Below, in pieces: positions 1 to 10,076 of a DNA stretch of 64,000 nucleotides. A program made the translations under genes and the position numbers. The DNA is from Candidatus Latescibacterota bacterium (lineage in GTDB: Bacteria; Krumholzibacteriota; Krumholzibacteriia; WVZY01). The stretch's first letter is position 1. The number at the start of each line of letters is the position of its first letter. Below the pieces are notes generated by a model. That model was given only the letters and a program-made list of their open reading frames with translations, had not been told where the DNA came from and did not search any database. The stretch is from NCBI GenBank assembly GCA_963791045.1, contig CAWBQK010000003.1, forward strand, positions 1 to 64,000, written 5' to 3'.

Positions 1-1665
1 GGTCGGACTCTCATTGAGGCTATCGTCGACCCGTGTTTGCGCGTCGTTGTATGTGACGCCGAGAAATCCTCCGAAACCTCTGTACCGCGGGGATTTGGCC
101 CGGCCGTACACCGAGAACGGCGCGATCTCTGCAAGCGGCGAGCCTGACGTCCGGTTTTCCGCCCATGTGTATGTCGCGCGAATGTCGAGATACGTCGATT
201 CGACATTCAGGTTGACGCCCAGCACGGCGGCGTCGATGTTCTTATACGTAGTGAATTTCGTGCCGCCGGACTGCGCCTGTGTCAAATAAACGTAGTCCCA
301 AAGGTGGGTGGCGTAGAGCTCCAGCTGTATCGGCCGGTACCGGAGAGATCCACGGAGGGTTGCCCGAACCGGTTGGTCCAGGTTTGGGTTGCCCGACCAC
401 CACGGTTTGCCCATTGGCTTTTGGACGGCGATGAAAAGCGATTCGGTTTCGGGCGATTCCGACGCGCTTTCCAACATGGCGCCCGCCACCCATCCCGCCC
501 AGAGCGGCCGCGCGTAGACGGCGCTCACTGCATAGGTGACGAACGTCCGGTTGTCGGGGACGTCCGTGTACAGGGCCCGATAGAAATCGGTTCGGCTCTC
601 GTCGCCGATTCTCTGATGCACCGCTCCTATCTTTCCAGAAAATGTGAAACGCCCAGTTTCGACGGACTTTAACAGCGCACCACCCAGCGTTTTGGTGTCG
701 GGGATCATTTTGTTGTACAGGTCGTCACCGGGCAGGTCGAACCAGTTGTCTGCGTCCCAGTTTCGAAAATAGACGTCGTAGAGATTTCCCACCGCTCCGA
801 TGGTGAGGTTGGTCGCCTTTGTCTCCATGAACATCCCACCCGTCCGGAGCGCGTTGTCCATCAAATGATCGGTGTAGTTGAAGTAGATCTTGTGGTCATT
901 GACGCCGGCCGAGGCGTTGTACACCTCGTTGGTCCGTTCGTCCATCAAGAGGTAAGGAAACGACACCTCCTCGGTGTACGAGAAATTGCCACCATACTCG
1001 AGTCTTCCTCGTTCGCCGATCACGCTGCCTTCGGCCAGCCGGTATGTGTAGTTGTCTTTGTAAGAATACAAGTCGGCGAACGACCGGTCGTCGGCATCGG
1101 TGAACGGATCCCCCTCAGAGTACCGCAGGGTTGCCCGATTGCGGTGGCTTTCGACAGCAACGACGGCATCCGCGCTCCTTTTGGCCGCACCCGAGAATGA
1201 AAGCCCGCCAGTAACCGACAACGGATCGCCGGGGCGCCTCCGCTTGAACTCGACAAGCCCGCCCAGTCCCGATTGCGCCGACGCCCCTGTTTTTACCAGT
1301 TCAACGCTTTCAAGTTCGAGCGGATTGACCCGGATGAGTGGAGAGTCCATCCGGTTCGGGCAGGCACTGTGATACCGTTCGCCGTCGAGGACTACGGTGA
1401 TGTCCCCCCGCTTGAGGCCGTCCGCGTAAACATCCTGGGCGAAAAACACGCCCTTTCGGATCAGTTTGAAACCGTTTCGCCCAAGGATCCCTGACAGGTT
1501 GTCCTTGGCGAGTGGGACGTTTTCGCGACCGACGTATATTCTCTGTCCGACGACGTCGATCGGTTCCATCCAGTAGGTGACGAGCGTGTCGGTCTGCGAC
1601 CACCCGCTCGAAGCCTGGAGGCCGACGATAACGGCAGCCGCGATTGCCAACCGTCTAGCATTCAT
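1..1665 (-). CDS. TonB-dependent receptor, OprC/NosA-like (putative copper); 3' end runs off the window
   Basis: Translated manually (absent from ORF track because it has no stop in the window): MNARRLAIAAAVIVGLQASSGWSQ signal peptide, plug motif DGERYHSACPNRMDSP (CxxxM), GNPNLDQP, PLAEIAP; open to position 1. Confidence 0.8.
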   Translation of the reverse strand, partial: MNARRLAIAAAVIVGLQASSGWSQTDTLVTYWMEPIDVVGQRIYVGRENVPLAKDNLSGILGRNGFKLIRKGVFFAQDVYADGLKRGDITVVLDGERYHSACPNRMDSPLIRVNPLELESVELVKTGASAQSGLGGLVEFKRRRPGDPLSVTGGLSFSGAAKRSADAVVAVESHRNRATLRYSEGDPFTDADDRSFADLYSYKDNYTYRLAEGSVIGERGRLEYGGNFSYTEEVSFPYLLMDERTNEVYNASAGVNDHKIYFNYTDHLMDNALRTGGMFMETKATNLTIGAVGNLYDVYFRNWDADNWFDLPGDDLYNKMIPDTKTLGGALLKSVETGRFTFSGKIGAVHQRIGDESRTDFYRALYTDVPDNRTFVTYAVSAVYARPLWAGWVAGAMLESASESPETESLFIAVQKPMGKPWWSGNPNLDQPVRATLRGSLRYRPIQLELYATHLWDYVYLTQAQSGGTKFTTYKNIDAAVLGVNLNVESTYLDIRATYTWAENRTSGSPLAEIAPFSVYGRAKSPRYRGFGGFLGVTYNDAQTRVDDSLNESPT

Positions 1666-1744
1666 CTGAATAACCTTGTGTTTCTAGTGCCGAGGAGGTG
1701 GAAATCCGTTGACGAGTATAGCGGAATCGGGCGAGGAACTCAAC

Positions 1745-2478
1745 TCACGAGAGGCGGGAGCGCACTGTTTTCAAGGATACGGCTACTCGAAGAGAAGGTG
1801 AGATCGTCGAACCAGGCCGCGCCGGGTTCCTCGGTGTCATCGGTGTCGACCATGACGGCAAACGCGAGAATTTCCTTCGGCGGGATGCCCGAATATCGCG
1901 ATATGATCGGCGACAACATCCCTCTCCTCGGCTATCCACTCTCCCGCGAGTTCCCCACCGCTTTGCAGGACAATCGTGCCGACATTCTTGGCGTAGGGGT
2001 TGCGATAGTCGGCGCCGGCCGGTTCTTTGGCCGCCCAGACATAACAGATCGCCCGTGTTTTCCAGGGAAAGAGCGGCTGGGAGAGCACCACGTAGACCCT
2101 TGCCGCATAGTCATCGCCATCTTTGGTTTTTTCGTCGACCTCTCCCCGGGAGGGGTTTCAATCTTCCATCGCCACGACAAACGGCCGTTCTTCACAGGCT
2201 TAACGTGAAATTTTCGCCACATACCCGACGCGGCCGAATGGCTGTTGAATTCGAGCGACCGGTTGCCGTCTTCATCGGTGGCCACGCGTGATTTGTTGGC
2301 CGATCGGCTGAATTTCTTGACGGTCCAGCTGCGTCCCAGCCGTCTTCGAAGCCGGCCAAAAGAAGATGGGTGCCCGGAACAGGCGGCGGATCATCCGCCG
2401 CGCGTTTCAGAGACACCCATCAATGTGACACACACCATGATTGCGATCTGAACGACAATCCGTCTGGTGTGCGGTCAC
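1745..2478 (-). CDS. DUF3047 family protein (frameshifted, about 4 indels)
   Basis: Fragments in different frames join to LSWRWKIE...DDYAARVYVV...RAICYVWA...NPY...IVLQSG...GEWIAEERDVVAD...VMVDTDDT, the DUF3047 pattern; start approximate. Confidence 0.7.
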
Positions 2479-2495
2479 TAGGCCCTTTCTAATAT

Positions 2496-4201
2496 CTATT
2501 TGAGAAGAATGACCTTTCTGGTCGCGACCTGATTCTCGCCTTGAAGACGCACAAAATATATCCCCGATGCGACGTCTTGGCCCTGATTGTCCTTGCCCTG
2601 CCACGAGACTTCGTGGACACCGGCGGTCTCCACGCTCTCGGAGAGTGATTTCACCAGGCCGCCCCGGACATCATAAACCGACAACCGAACCTGTTGCGCG
2701 CTCGACAGGTCGTAACGAATCGTCGTGCCGGGGTTGAACGGGTTCGGGTAGTTCGGCAAGAGCGCCAGACCCGTGTCTTTGCTCCCGGGATGCCGTCGTC
2801 GGCAATGCCCGTCGCGAGATCGAGCCAGCCGATATCCGAGAAATGCGCCAGTGTGAGGTCGACATCCGACGAGAGGTTGCCGCTGATCGCCGGCTCCATA
2901 AGGAGACTCGGAAAAGCGCTGACATCCCAGTGGGAGACCGACGATCCGCCCTCGTACGGATTCGGCGCGTACATTTTGACGCGGCCGTTCGCAGTCTGTT
3001 CCGGCAAGCTGGTTCGGATCGAGTGCGAGTGTCACATTGACGCCGGTGCCTAATTGCGCCTTGATCTCATTGCCTGCGTCGAGCGTGATGCTCACTACCG
3101 GGATCGTTACGGTTGGGTCGTCTCCGCCGAGAGTGATCGGCGCGTCGCCGGCCACATTGTTGGCGATAACGACGGCAATCGCGCCGGCATTCTGGGCGTT
3201 CAAGCGCCTTGCTCGCGAACGTGCAGCTGCCGCGATCGATGAGCGCGATGTTGCCCGAGATCTGTGCGCCGTTTATGAGCGGTTCGCACCCGTCGCTGGT
3301 GGTGCCCGTGCCGTCATCCGCGAGAATGACGTTGCCGGTGACGCCCGTCTCGTCGAGCGAAGGGCCAAAGTTGGCCGTTCCGACGGGGTACATGGCTGGG
3401 GAGCGCGGGCGGGCTGTTGACGAACATGGTCGGCGTGCCGCCGAGAAGATCCGGGGCAAACAACGTGGAGGCCGCGCCGTCCCATACGAGATTGTCCGTG
3501 TTGACTGCGGAGGCCGCGCGCTGGCTGTTGGTCATGTCGTCCCAGTTGAGCCCGCTCGTGTTGTCATGAAGAAACATCTCGTATCGATCGGGATACCCGT
3601 TGAACTCGATGCCGTTGCTATACACAAGCGTGCTGAAACCAAGACCGTGACCGAGCTCGTGGAGGACGACGGGGAGGAGTTCGATATCCGTCCCTTCGTT
3701 GCCGTCAAACCCGTAGTACCAGTTGGTTCCCGCGAGACAGTTTTCGTTGTTGTCGATGGCGCTGTTGAAAGTGGCCGAAATGTCGTTGTCGCCGGGGTCC
3801 TGGTCGAACCGGCAAGTTTGTTGGCCAGCGCCACGTGGTACCAGGTGCCCGAAACTTCGGCGCCGGGGAAATCGCGGAAAACGGTCATTCGGACCCGCCG
3901 ACCCCAGAACGGCGCTGGACGCGTCGCAGGTCTGCGTGTTGAACTGCGCTTCCACGCGGATGGTGACGTCACTGGGGAGAAGCGATCCCCATATGCCCGC
4001 CGCGTACTCGAAGATATTGAGCCGCTGGTCTCCGATGGTGGTGCCCGGGTTGCCGCCAACCGGCGTTGCGGGCGTGGTGTCGTTGAACCCCTCACCGGGG
4101 CCGTCAAGATTGACGATGACGATGTTTGCCGCGTGACTGATCGTGGAACCAAAAAGAATGACCAGGGCCGCGAAGGCGACCAGAAAAATGTGCCTGTTCA
4201 T
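2496..4201 (-). CDS. Secreted PA-domain zinc metallopeptidase with C-terminal FlgD-Ig/T9SS-like sorting domain (frameshifted)
   Basis: Signal peptide, GGNPGTTIGDQRLN, HELGHGLGF zinc motif, PA domain IALIDRGSCTF...AQNAGAIAVVIANN, SSVSHWD, NYPNPFNPGTTIRY...SGIYFVRL; spread over ORFs 3314-4201, 3067-3459, 2651-3007, 2496-3203. Confidence 0.8.
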
Positions 4202-4650
4202 TATTGCACCTCCGGAGTCTGCGTTTCTTCAGATTCGGCGGTGACTTCTCCATTGATAACTTTTTCGATCTGGTCGTCGTCCTCTGTGCAGATTATAAGC
4301 TTGCCGTTCTTGTCGATCCGCGCGACCGATACGCTCTGAAAGCGCCCTTCGAGATTTACGGATACCGCTCCGTTGGGATGAACGACTTCTTTCAAACCTT
4401 CCGTGTCGCGCCGGAGCGATTCGAGGGTCTGAATGTCCAGTGTCGTTTTGGGCGCTTTTGACGAGATCTCTATGGCCCCCGTCTCGGGGTTGATCGTCGC
4501 GCGGAGCGCGGCGGCGCCGGGCATTAAACCCGCCGTGACTTCGGTCGTCCCAGGCGCTGTCGCCTGGTCCGGCGCTGGCAATACAAAAGCGCCGATCGCG
4601 AGAACAGCGATCGCCGCGACGGCCGCGACCGTCCATGCTGTCTTTTTCAC
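4201..4650 (-). CDS. Small exported protein, post-PEP-CTERM-1-like domain
   Basis: N-terminal hydrophobic segment; INPETG...GLKEVVHPNGAVSVNLEGRFQSVSVARIDKNGKLIIC resembles this family; stop overlaps start of the protease. Confidence 0.6.
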   Translation of the reverse strand: MKKTAWTVAAVAAIAVLAIGAFVLPAPDQATAPGTTEVTAGLMPGAAALRATINPETGAIEISSKAPKTTLDIQTLESLRRDTEGLKEVVHPNGAVSVNLEGRFQSVSVARIDKNGKLIICTEDDDQIEKVINGEVTAESEETQTPEVQ

Positions 4651-4954
4651 TGGAGCCTCCTGATGGGTGGGATTGAACGCGGCAGGATGCGTCGAGAGAA
4701 CTTAAACTCCTGCGGCATACCAATGTTGCTAATTCATGAAGTTGCTAACTTGCGGTATTATATGTAATTTAGAGGCCGAAAGCAAGTAATTCGAGCCCGC
4801 AACCTCGGATCGGCGGCGGCTCGCGGGCGGTTGTTCCTGCGAAGAAAGCACTTGGCCGTTTCTTTCCCCTGGTGCTATAAAGTAATCACTTCAATTTCCC
4901 CGCGCGCCTTGGGGTGAGGCGTGACCCAATCTCTGGCGAAAGGAGCACTCGCCA

Positions 4955-5411
4955 ATGCTCAAAGAATTCAAAGAATTCGCGATGAAGGGCAATATGATAG
5001 ACATGGCTGTCGGTATTATAATCGGCGCCGCCTTTCGGAGCGATCATCAAGTCGCTCGTCGCTGATGTGATCATGCCGCCCATTGGCGTTCTTCTCGGAA
5101 ATGTCGACTTCTCCAACATCTTTATGATTCTCAAGGAGGGAGCCACCGCGGGACCGTACGCCACCCTCGATGCCGCCAAAGAGGCGGGGGCCGTCGTAAT
5201 CAGCTGGGGCGTGTTTATCAATACGGTGATCAACTTCCTGATCGTCGCCTTCGTGATCTTCCTCGTTATTCGCAATATAAATAAGATGAAGAGACAAGAG
5301 GAAGCACCGCCCGCCGAGCCGACGACAAAGGAATGCCCGCATTGTCTCTCCCAGATTCCCATCAAAGCCACGCGCTGCGCGTTTTGCACGCAGGAAGTCA
5401 AAGCCGCTTAG
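4955..5411 (+). CDS. mscL: Large-conductance mechanosensitive channel (one frameshift near 5030) with C-terminal CxxC-CxxC tail
   Basis: [27 protein letters not shown]...VIMPPIG...[25 protein letters not shown]. Confidence 0.92.
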
Positions 5412-5435
5412 CGGAATCTACTGAAAGTGTTCAAT

Positions 5436-5465
5436 AACAAGAGGGGGCGGAAGCCCCCTCTTGTT
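5436..5465. terminator. Probable bidirectional intrinsic terminator
   Basis: Perfect 13-bp inverted repeat AACAAGAGGGGGC-GGAA-GCCCCCTCTTGTT between convergent genes. Confidence 0.8.
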
Positions 5466-5488
5466 GTGAGTACGCCAAGCCCTCGATA

Positions 5489-6591
5489 CTACGGCACAAT
5501 ATTCCACAATTCGAGGTCGTTCAAGACCATGTCCGATGCGACTTCTGGAAAAAGATCGCCTCCGGCGCCGGGATCGTCGAGTAGAACGTCAGCCCCTCCG
5601 TGCTTTCCTGGAAGAGCGTCGAATAGATCACGCACGCCATCAGATACGTCCCCCGCGGCGAGGGGTGATTCCAGTCCGGCCAGAAGAGATAATGAAGGCG
5701 GGTGTCGACCGTCATGACTTCTCGCCACGCCCAGCCGACCGGCGCCGTGATAAACGGGATCTGGTTGCTGTACATAATCGTGTTGTCATAGATGTGCTGC
5801 TGCATCTCGAAGTAGTCTTCATCGTAATTGCCAAGCCAGGCCGTCCCATCCTCGAATGCCCACGGCATGCTGAAGACCATTTTTGTGTCGGGGCAGTTTG
5901 CCTTGATCTTGTCGCGGAGCGTGTTGAACGCAAGCCGCACGTCATGGTATTTGAAGGGAGGGAACATGATGTTGTGCGTGCCGGGGTACCCTATCAGCGT
6001 AGCCCTCTCCCTGGATGACAACGAAATCCCACTGCCGAGATTTGATTTTCGCGTCGGTCCCCGCGTTGCGCGCCTGGTCATCGATCATCCCCGCGGGGAC
6101 GAAGCTCATCTCGACGATCACGTCTTTGCCGGCGTTTTCAAACATTTTGACAGCATGTCGGGCAGGTTGTTGTACATAAAATAGCTCGACCCGCACAACA
6201 GCACCGTTGTGGGAGGCGGCTTTTCGTTGACGTAAATCCTCACCGTGCTGGTGTCGCTTCGCCCGTGCTTGTCGGTTGCGGTCAATGTGACATCATGGGG
6301 ATTGATTGACAGATCGGTCACCCAGAAGGACGTCCCTCTTCCGATCAACCCATCTTTGTCGGATACCCATACAAGCGAGTCTGCGGGCAGGATACGTTTG
6401 GTGTGATCGATACCGATGCCGGCAAAACGAATACTATCGCCTTCGATGTACGTGGATCCGCTTTCGGGGGAAAGGATCTCGGCATTGGGAGACTTGTTTT
6501 TGCCGGGGTGGAACGGATGATCAAAACGACATCCAGCGGAGACTAGTGAGGCCGCGAGAAGCACAATGGCGAGCAGGGCAAAACGCTTCAT
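5489..6591 (-). CDS. Lipoprotein, Ig-like domain plus SGNH/GDSL-like (DUF4886-type) hydrolase domain (frameshifted)
   Basis: MKRFALLAIVLLAASLVSAGC lipobox; VLLCGSSY, WDFVVIQ, APVGWAW, DWNHPSPRGTYLMAC; 3-4 frame changes. Confidence 0.6.
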
Positions 6592-6727
6592 TTCAGTCTT
6601 CTCCTCTTCTGCATACACGAACGCTTGCAGCGTCTTCTGTGAATTGCCGACAGACTCTGGTGTTGTGGGAGAAAGCCGAAGCACTGAAATAATTATAACG
6701 CGACAAGTGATGGAAATCAAGCGGTTT

Positions 6728-6766
6728 ATCGAGTTCACGGGCGGGTGGGCCGCCCGTGAACTCGAT
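6728..6766. repeat. Perfect 17-bp inverted repeat (REP-like hairpin)
   Basis: ATCGAGTTCACGGGCGG-GTGGG-CCGCCCGTGAACTCGAT just past the dehydrogenase stop; no U-tract. Confidence 0.75.
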
Positions 6767-6770
6767 CCGG

Positions 6771-7907
6771 TTAGTCGAGCGTTTCAATCGATTCTTTGTA
6801 GATAACGCCCCGGGCTTCGAGGTACTCGAGTATGAACGTTACACACTCGGGCTGCCGCCCAACAAACTCGGGCGGATTGATTCCTCTTTTTGAAAACATG
6901 CCGTCGGCGAGCATCTGCAGGGCCGCGGTCGCGGTATAGCCCGTGGTGCGCGCCATCGAATGGGTCATCGTGGCGGAATCATGTCTGTCGACGAGATCGT
7001 ATGTGTAACGGACTTTCTTTTCGTCCTTTTGTCCTTCGACCACAACCTTCATGATCGTGATGTCAACGTCGCCTTCCTTTAGCTGCCACTTCGGAAACAG
7101 GAGTTTCGCCGTGAAGTCGAGCGGCCGTATTTTCGTTCCGTTGATTTCGATTTCTTCCTGGCTGAAAAAACCGGTCTCGCGAAGAACGGCCATCTTTTCT
7201 ATGTGGCCGGGATACCTCATCGTTTTTTCTTTCATGTTCGGAGCGTCGATTGTATCGGCGAGCGTTCGCAGACCGTCGCTGTTGAACGCTTCGAGGGTTC
7301 CTATGCCGGGGAAATCGAGATATTCGGGGTCGGAGAGCGCCGGACGGGTGACAAGGCGGCCGTTTTCGACGTAACGGGCCGGGCGGGTGTACTCTTCGAT
7401 AACGTCGACGGGTGAGAACACGGCTTTGTATTCGTATGGCCATTCACGCGTCTCGGGGAGTCCGCCGACATAAATCAGAACGGTGTCGGTGGTGTCGAGA
7501 ATGCGTTCAACATGGCCCGCGAGAACGTTGCTCATCCCCGGGGCAACACCGCAGTCGACGATTGCCGTGACTCCGTGATCCCTGGCCTTGTCATTCAGAA
7601 GAAAGCAATCCTCGGGAAAAAAGGCGATATCGACGACGTTCTTTCCCGCCTCGATGATTGTCTCCAGAGTCTTGAAACCCATAAACCCGGGGACGGCGCT
7701 CAAGACCAGATCCGCGTCGTTGGCGAGACCGCGCACGGCGTCACTCGACGACAGGTTCTCCCGGCGGGTGGTTATTCCGTGTGGTTCGAGTTTCTCCAAT
7801 TTTTTGGGATCGATGTCCGCGACTGTAACCTCGAACGATGAATTCTTTGCCAGGTCGATGGCCATCGGTGAGCCGACGAGTCCGGCGCCCAATACGACAA
7901 TCTTCAT
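6771..7907 (-). CDS. Saccharopine dehydrogenase family / lysine 6-dehydrogenase
   Basis: MKIVVLGAGLVG Rossmann motif, DCGVAPGMSN, LEAFNSDGLRTL, EKTMRYPGH, SMARTTGY; GGAGG RBS. Confidence 0.88.
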   Translation of the reverse strand: MKIVVLGAGLVGSPMAIDLAKNSSFEVTVADIDPKKLEKLEPHGITTRRENLSSSDAVRGLANDADLVLSAVPGFMGFKTLETIIEAGKNVVDIAFFPEDCFLLNDKARDHGVTAIVDCGVAPGMSNVLAGHVERILDTTDTVLIYVGGLPETREWPYEYKAVFSPVDVIEEYTRPARYVENGRLVTRPALSDPEYLDFPGIGTLEAFNSDGLRTLADTIDAPNMKEKTMRYPGHIEKMAVLRETGFFSQEEIEINGTKIRPLDFTAKLLFPKWQLKEGDVDITIMKVVVEGQKDEKKVRYTYDLVDRHDSATMTHSMARTTGYTATAALQMLADGMFSKRGINPPEFVGRQPECVTFILEYLEARGVIYKESIETLD

Positions 7908-8131
7908 TTTGTCCTCCATAAAAATAGTTGTTTCAGTCAAATAGACCGAATAGACGAGATGTGTGTGGGATTACAAGCCCGTGAACCGGTTGCAGTAGCG
8001 GATGAGCGCAGAACGGCTGTCCGGATGATCCGCGCGGCGGAGAATATAATGTATGATGTCAAGCATGGCACCAATGTACCACCGCGGACGGGGGGCTGTC
8101 CACTCGATCGAAGAGGGGGCGCCCGGAAGTA

Positions 8132-8168
8132 TTGACTGAACGCGTTTTTGGGGTTATTGTTATCATAT
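8132..8168 (+). promoter_or_regulatory. Putative sigma70 promoter with overlapping AT-rich Fur/Zur-like site
   Basis: TTGACT-17bp-TATTGT; GTTATTGTTATCATATT overlaps the -10. Confidence 0.35.
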
Positions 8169-8236
8169 TGGCGTGGAATCATTTGCGCGTCGACGCTCGA
8201 CGGCGCGGCACTGGAAACAGGCGAGGATTTGGGCTC

Positions 8237-8647
8237 ATGATTCAATACTCCGACAGATTCAAAAGGGCGGCGGCGCTCTTCATGGCCGCGTGGTTCTTCG
8301 CGTCGGCCGGACTGGTCCACTCCCTTCATCGCCATGCCTTGAATTCCACTGCCGGCGGGGAATCCCTACGTACCGCCGCGCCGCACACCTGTGGGGGTCA
8401 CGATTCGAGCCCGCGCGCGAAACATTTTGCAGCGGAACAAACGTCGGAGTTGGACAAGCGGCACTCCTCCGCTTACTGTCTCGCGTGTCTTCTGATCAAC
8501 ACGTGCAACTCGGGCGCCGTCGAGTGGGCGTTCGAACCCCATTATCTTAACTCCGATGGCCTCATGCCGCGCGGATCCGAGACGGTCTGTTTGACCTCCC
8601 ATGTGTCGCTTCGGCCGTCCCGCGCGCCTCCGGTTTTTACTTCATAA
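8237..8647 (+). CDS. DUF2946-like leader protein (signal, His motifs, CxxC, C-terminal RAPP)
   Basis: MIQYSDRFKRAAALFMAAWFFASAGLVHSLHRH...HTCGGHD...YCLAC...SRAPPVFTS. Confidence 0.7.
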   Translation: MIQYSDRFKRAAALFMAAWFFASAGLVHSLHRHALNSTAGGESLRTAAPHTCGGHDSSPRAKHFAAEQTSELDKRHSSAYCLACLLINTCNSGAVEWAFEPHYLNSDGLMPRGSETVCLTSHVSLRPSRAPPVFTS

Positions 8648-8748
8648 AGAATCACCACACCACGTGACAGAAACATCCTATCGGTCCGGCATTCGAGCCG
8701 TGGGCGTCGGCGGATGTGTTGTTGGTACCCAACGAAGAAGGTGTTCAT

Positions 8749-10056
8749 ATGCGAATCGCGAAGATGATACTCATGTTGGTTCTTGTCCTTGTTGTTGCAC
8801 AGGTCGTCCCGGCCCAGGCGCAGGAGACATCCGAGCGGCAGCAAGACAACAAGGATGGGCAAACCGAGGAAAAGAAGAAAAAAGGTGCGGTGGAGGAAGA
8901 AGATGAGCTTGAAGCGCTTCGCCGGGCCGCTGACGCCGAGGCCAAGAAAGAAGAGGACAAAGAAGAGGCAAAAGAAACGACTTTTACGTCGGGAAACCTC
9001 GGTCTCCAGGCGCTAAACCCCGAAATCAGCGTTGTCGGCGACATGCTGGGCAACTACCAGTCGGGGAGTGACGAAATCGTCAACTGGGACACGGTGTTTC
9101 GCACCCTCGGTATTCACTTCCAGGGATATCTCGATCCTTACTCGCAGTTCAAAGTCGCGTTGGAGCTCTCCCCGATTGAAGCCGAATTGGGGGAGGTCTA
9201 TTTCACGCGCTACGGGATTCCCGGTAATTTCAACATTACGCTTGGGAAATTTCGCCAGCAGTTCGGTGTGGTCAACCGCTGGCACAAGCATGGTCTCGAT
9301 TGGTTTGATTTTCCGCTCGCCGTGTTGTCGATCTTCGGCCCGGGCGGGTTGAACCAGATTGGGGCCCACATCGAGTGGGGCGCGTCGACCGGCCCGATAA
9401 CACACGGGCTGCTTACCGAGATAACCGACGGCACCAACCCGAGCATGTTTGGTCAAAACGCAAAAAACCGCCCGAGTATTCTCGCCCGCTATCACGCATA
9501 CCAGGACCTGACTTCGAGCACCTATCTCGATATCGGGTTGACGGGCCTCTTTGGCTGGAACGATGCGTGGGGCGAAGAAGAAGATGCATTCAGCGAAACA
9601 AAGCCTGTTTATGTGTACGGCGCAGATCTCGTTCTCATGTGGGAACCCACGGATCGGATGCGTTACAAGAACATTCAGTGGAGAAGTGAAGCATACCTGG
9701 CGGACAAGGAGATCTACGCTCCGGACGGATCGGGTTTCGACCGTGTCAAACCATGGGGGCTCTACACGCTTTTGCAGTCGAGGTTGTCCCGGATCTTTGA
9801 GGTCGGTGTGCGCTACGACTACTACGCGCCCGACGCGAAGAGTTACGCGGACGAATCGCTCGCTCTGCTCGCCGTCACAACCGACGGCGCTTACCGAAAT
9901 CTGTTCGGCGGTTGGGTGACGTGGTGGCAAAGCCCGTTTGTGAAATTCAGGGGTGGGTATTCATATTCAGACGGCAAAGGGACCGGGAGCGAGGTTCACC
10001 TCGTCACCTTTCAGATGGTGTTTGCCGCGGGCCCGCACAAGCACGAGCGTTATTAG
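8749..10056 (+). CDS. Outer-membrane beta-barrel/porin associated with metal uptake
   Basis: Signal peptide, acidic N-terminus, LNPEISVVGD, YLDPY, GKFRQQFGVVNRWHKH, C-terminal GPHKHERY. Confidence 0.7.
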   Translation: MRIAKMILMLVLVLVVAQVVPAQAQETSERQQDNKDGQTEEKKKKGAVEEEDELEALRRAADAEAKKEEDKEEAKETTFTSGNLGLQALNPEISVVGDMLGNYQSGSDEIVNWDTVFRTLGIHFQGYLDPYSQFKVALELSPIEAELGEVYFTRYGIPGNFNITLGKFRQQFGVVNRWHKHGLDWFDFPLAVLSIFGPGGLNQIGAHIEWGASTGPITHGLLTEITDGTNPSMFGQNAKNRPSILARYHAYQDLTSSTYLDIGLTGLFGWNDAWGEEEDAFSETKPVYVYGADLVLMWEPTDRMRYKNIQWRSEAYLADKEIYAPDGSGFDRVKPWGLYTLLQSRLSRIFEVGVRYDYYAPDAKSYADESLALLAVTTDGAYRNLFGGWVTWWQSPFVKFRGGYSYSDGKGTGSEVHLVTFQMVFAAGPHKHERY

Positions 10057-10076
10057 ACATACAAGGAGCAGAGCCA

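Noticed and set aside
3209-4339. Long antisense ORFs (also 11792-13033, 9013-9930, 14193-15305, 10695-11522)
   Set aside because: Shadow frames opposite well-supported genes in GC-rich DNA; no motifs
7910-8130. Lysine riboswitch upstream of the dehydrogenase
   Set aside because: No recognisable L-box consensus
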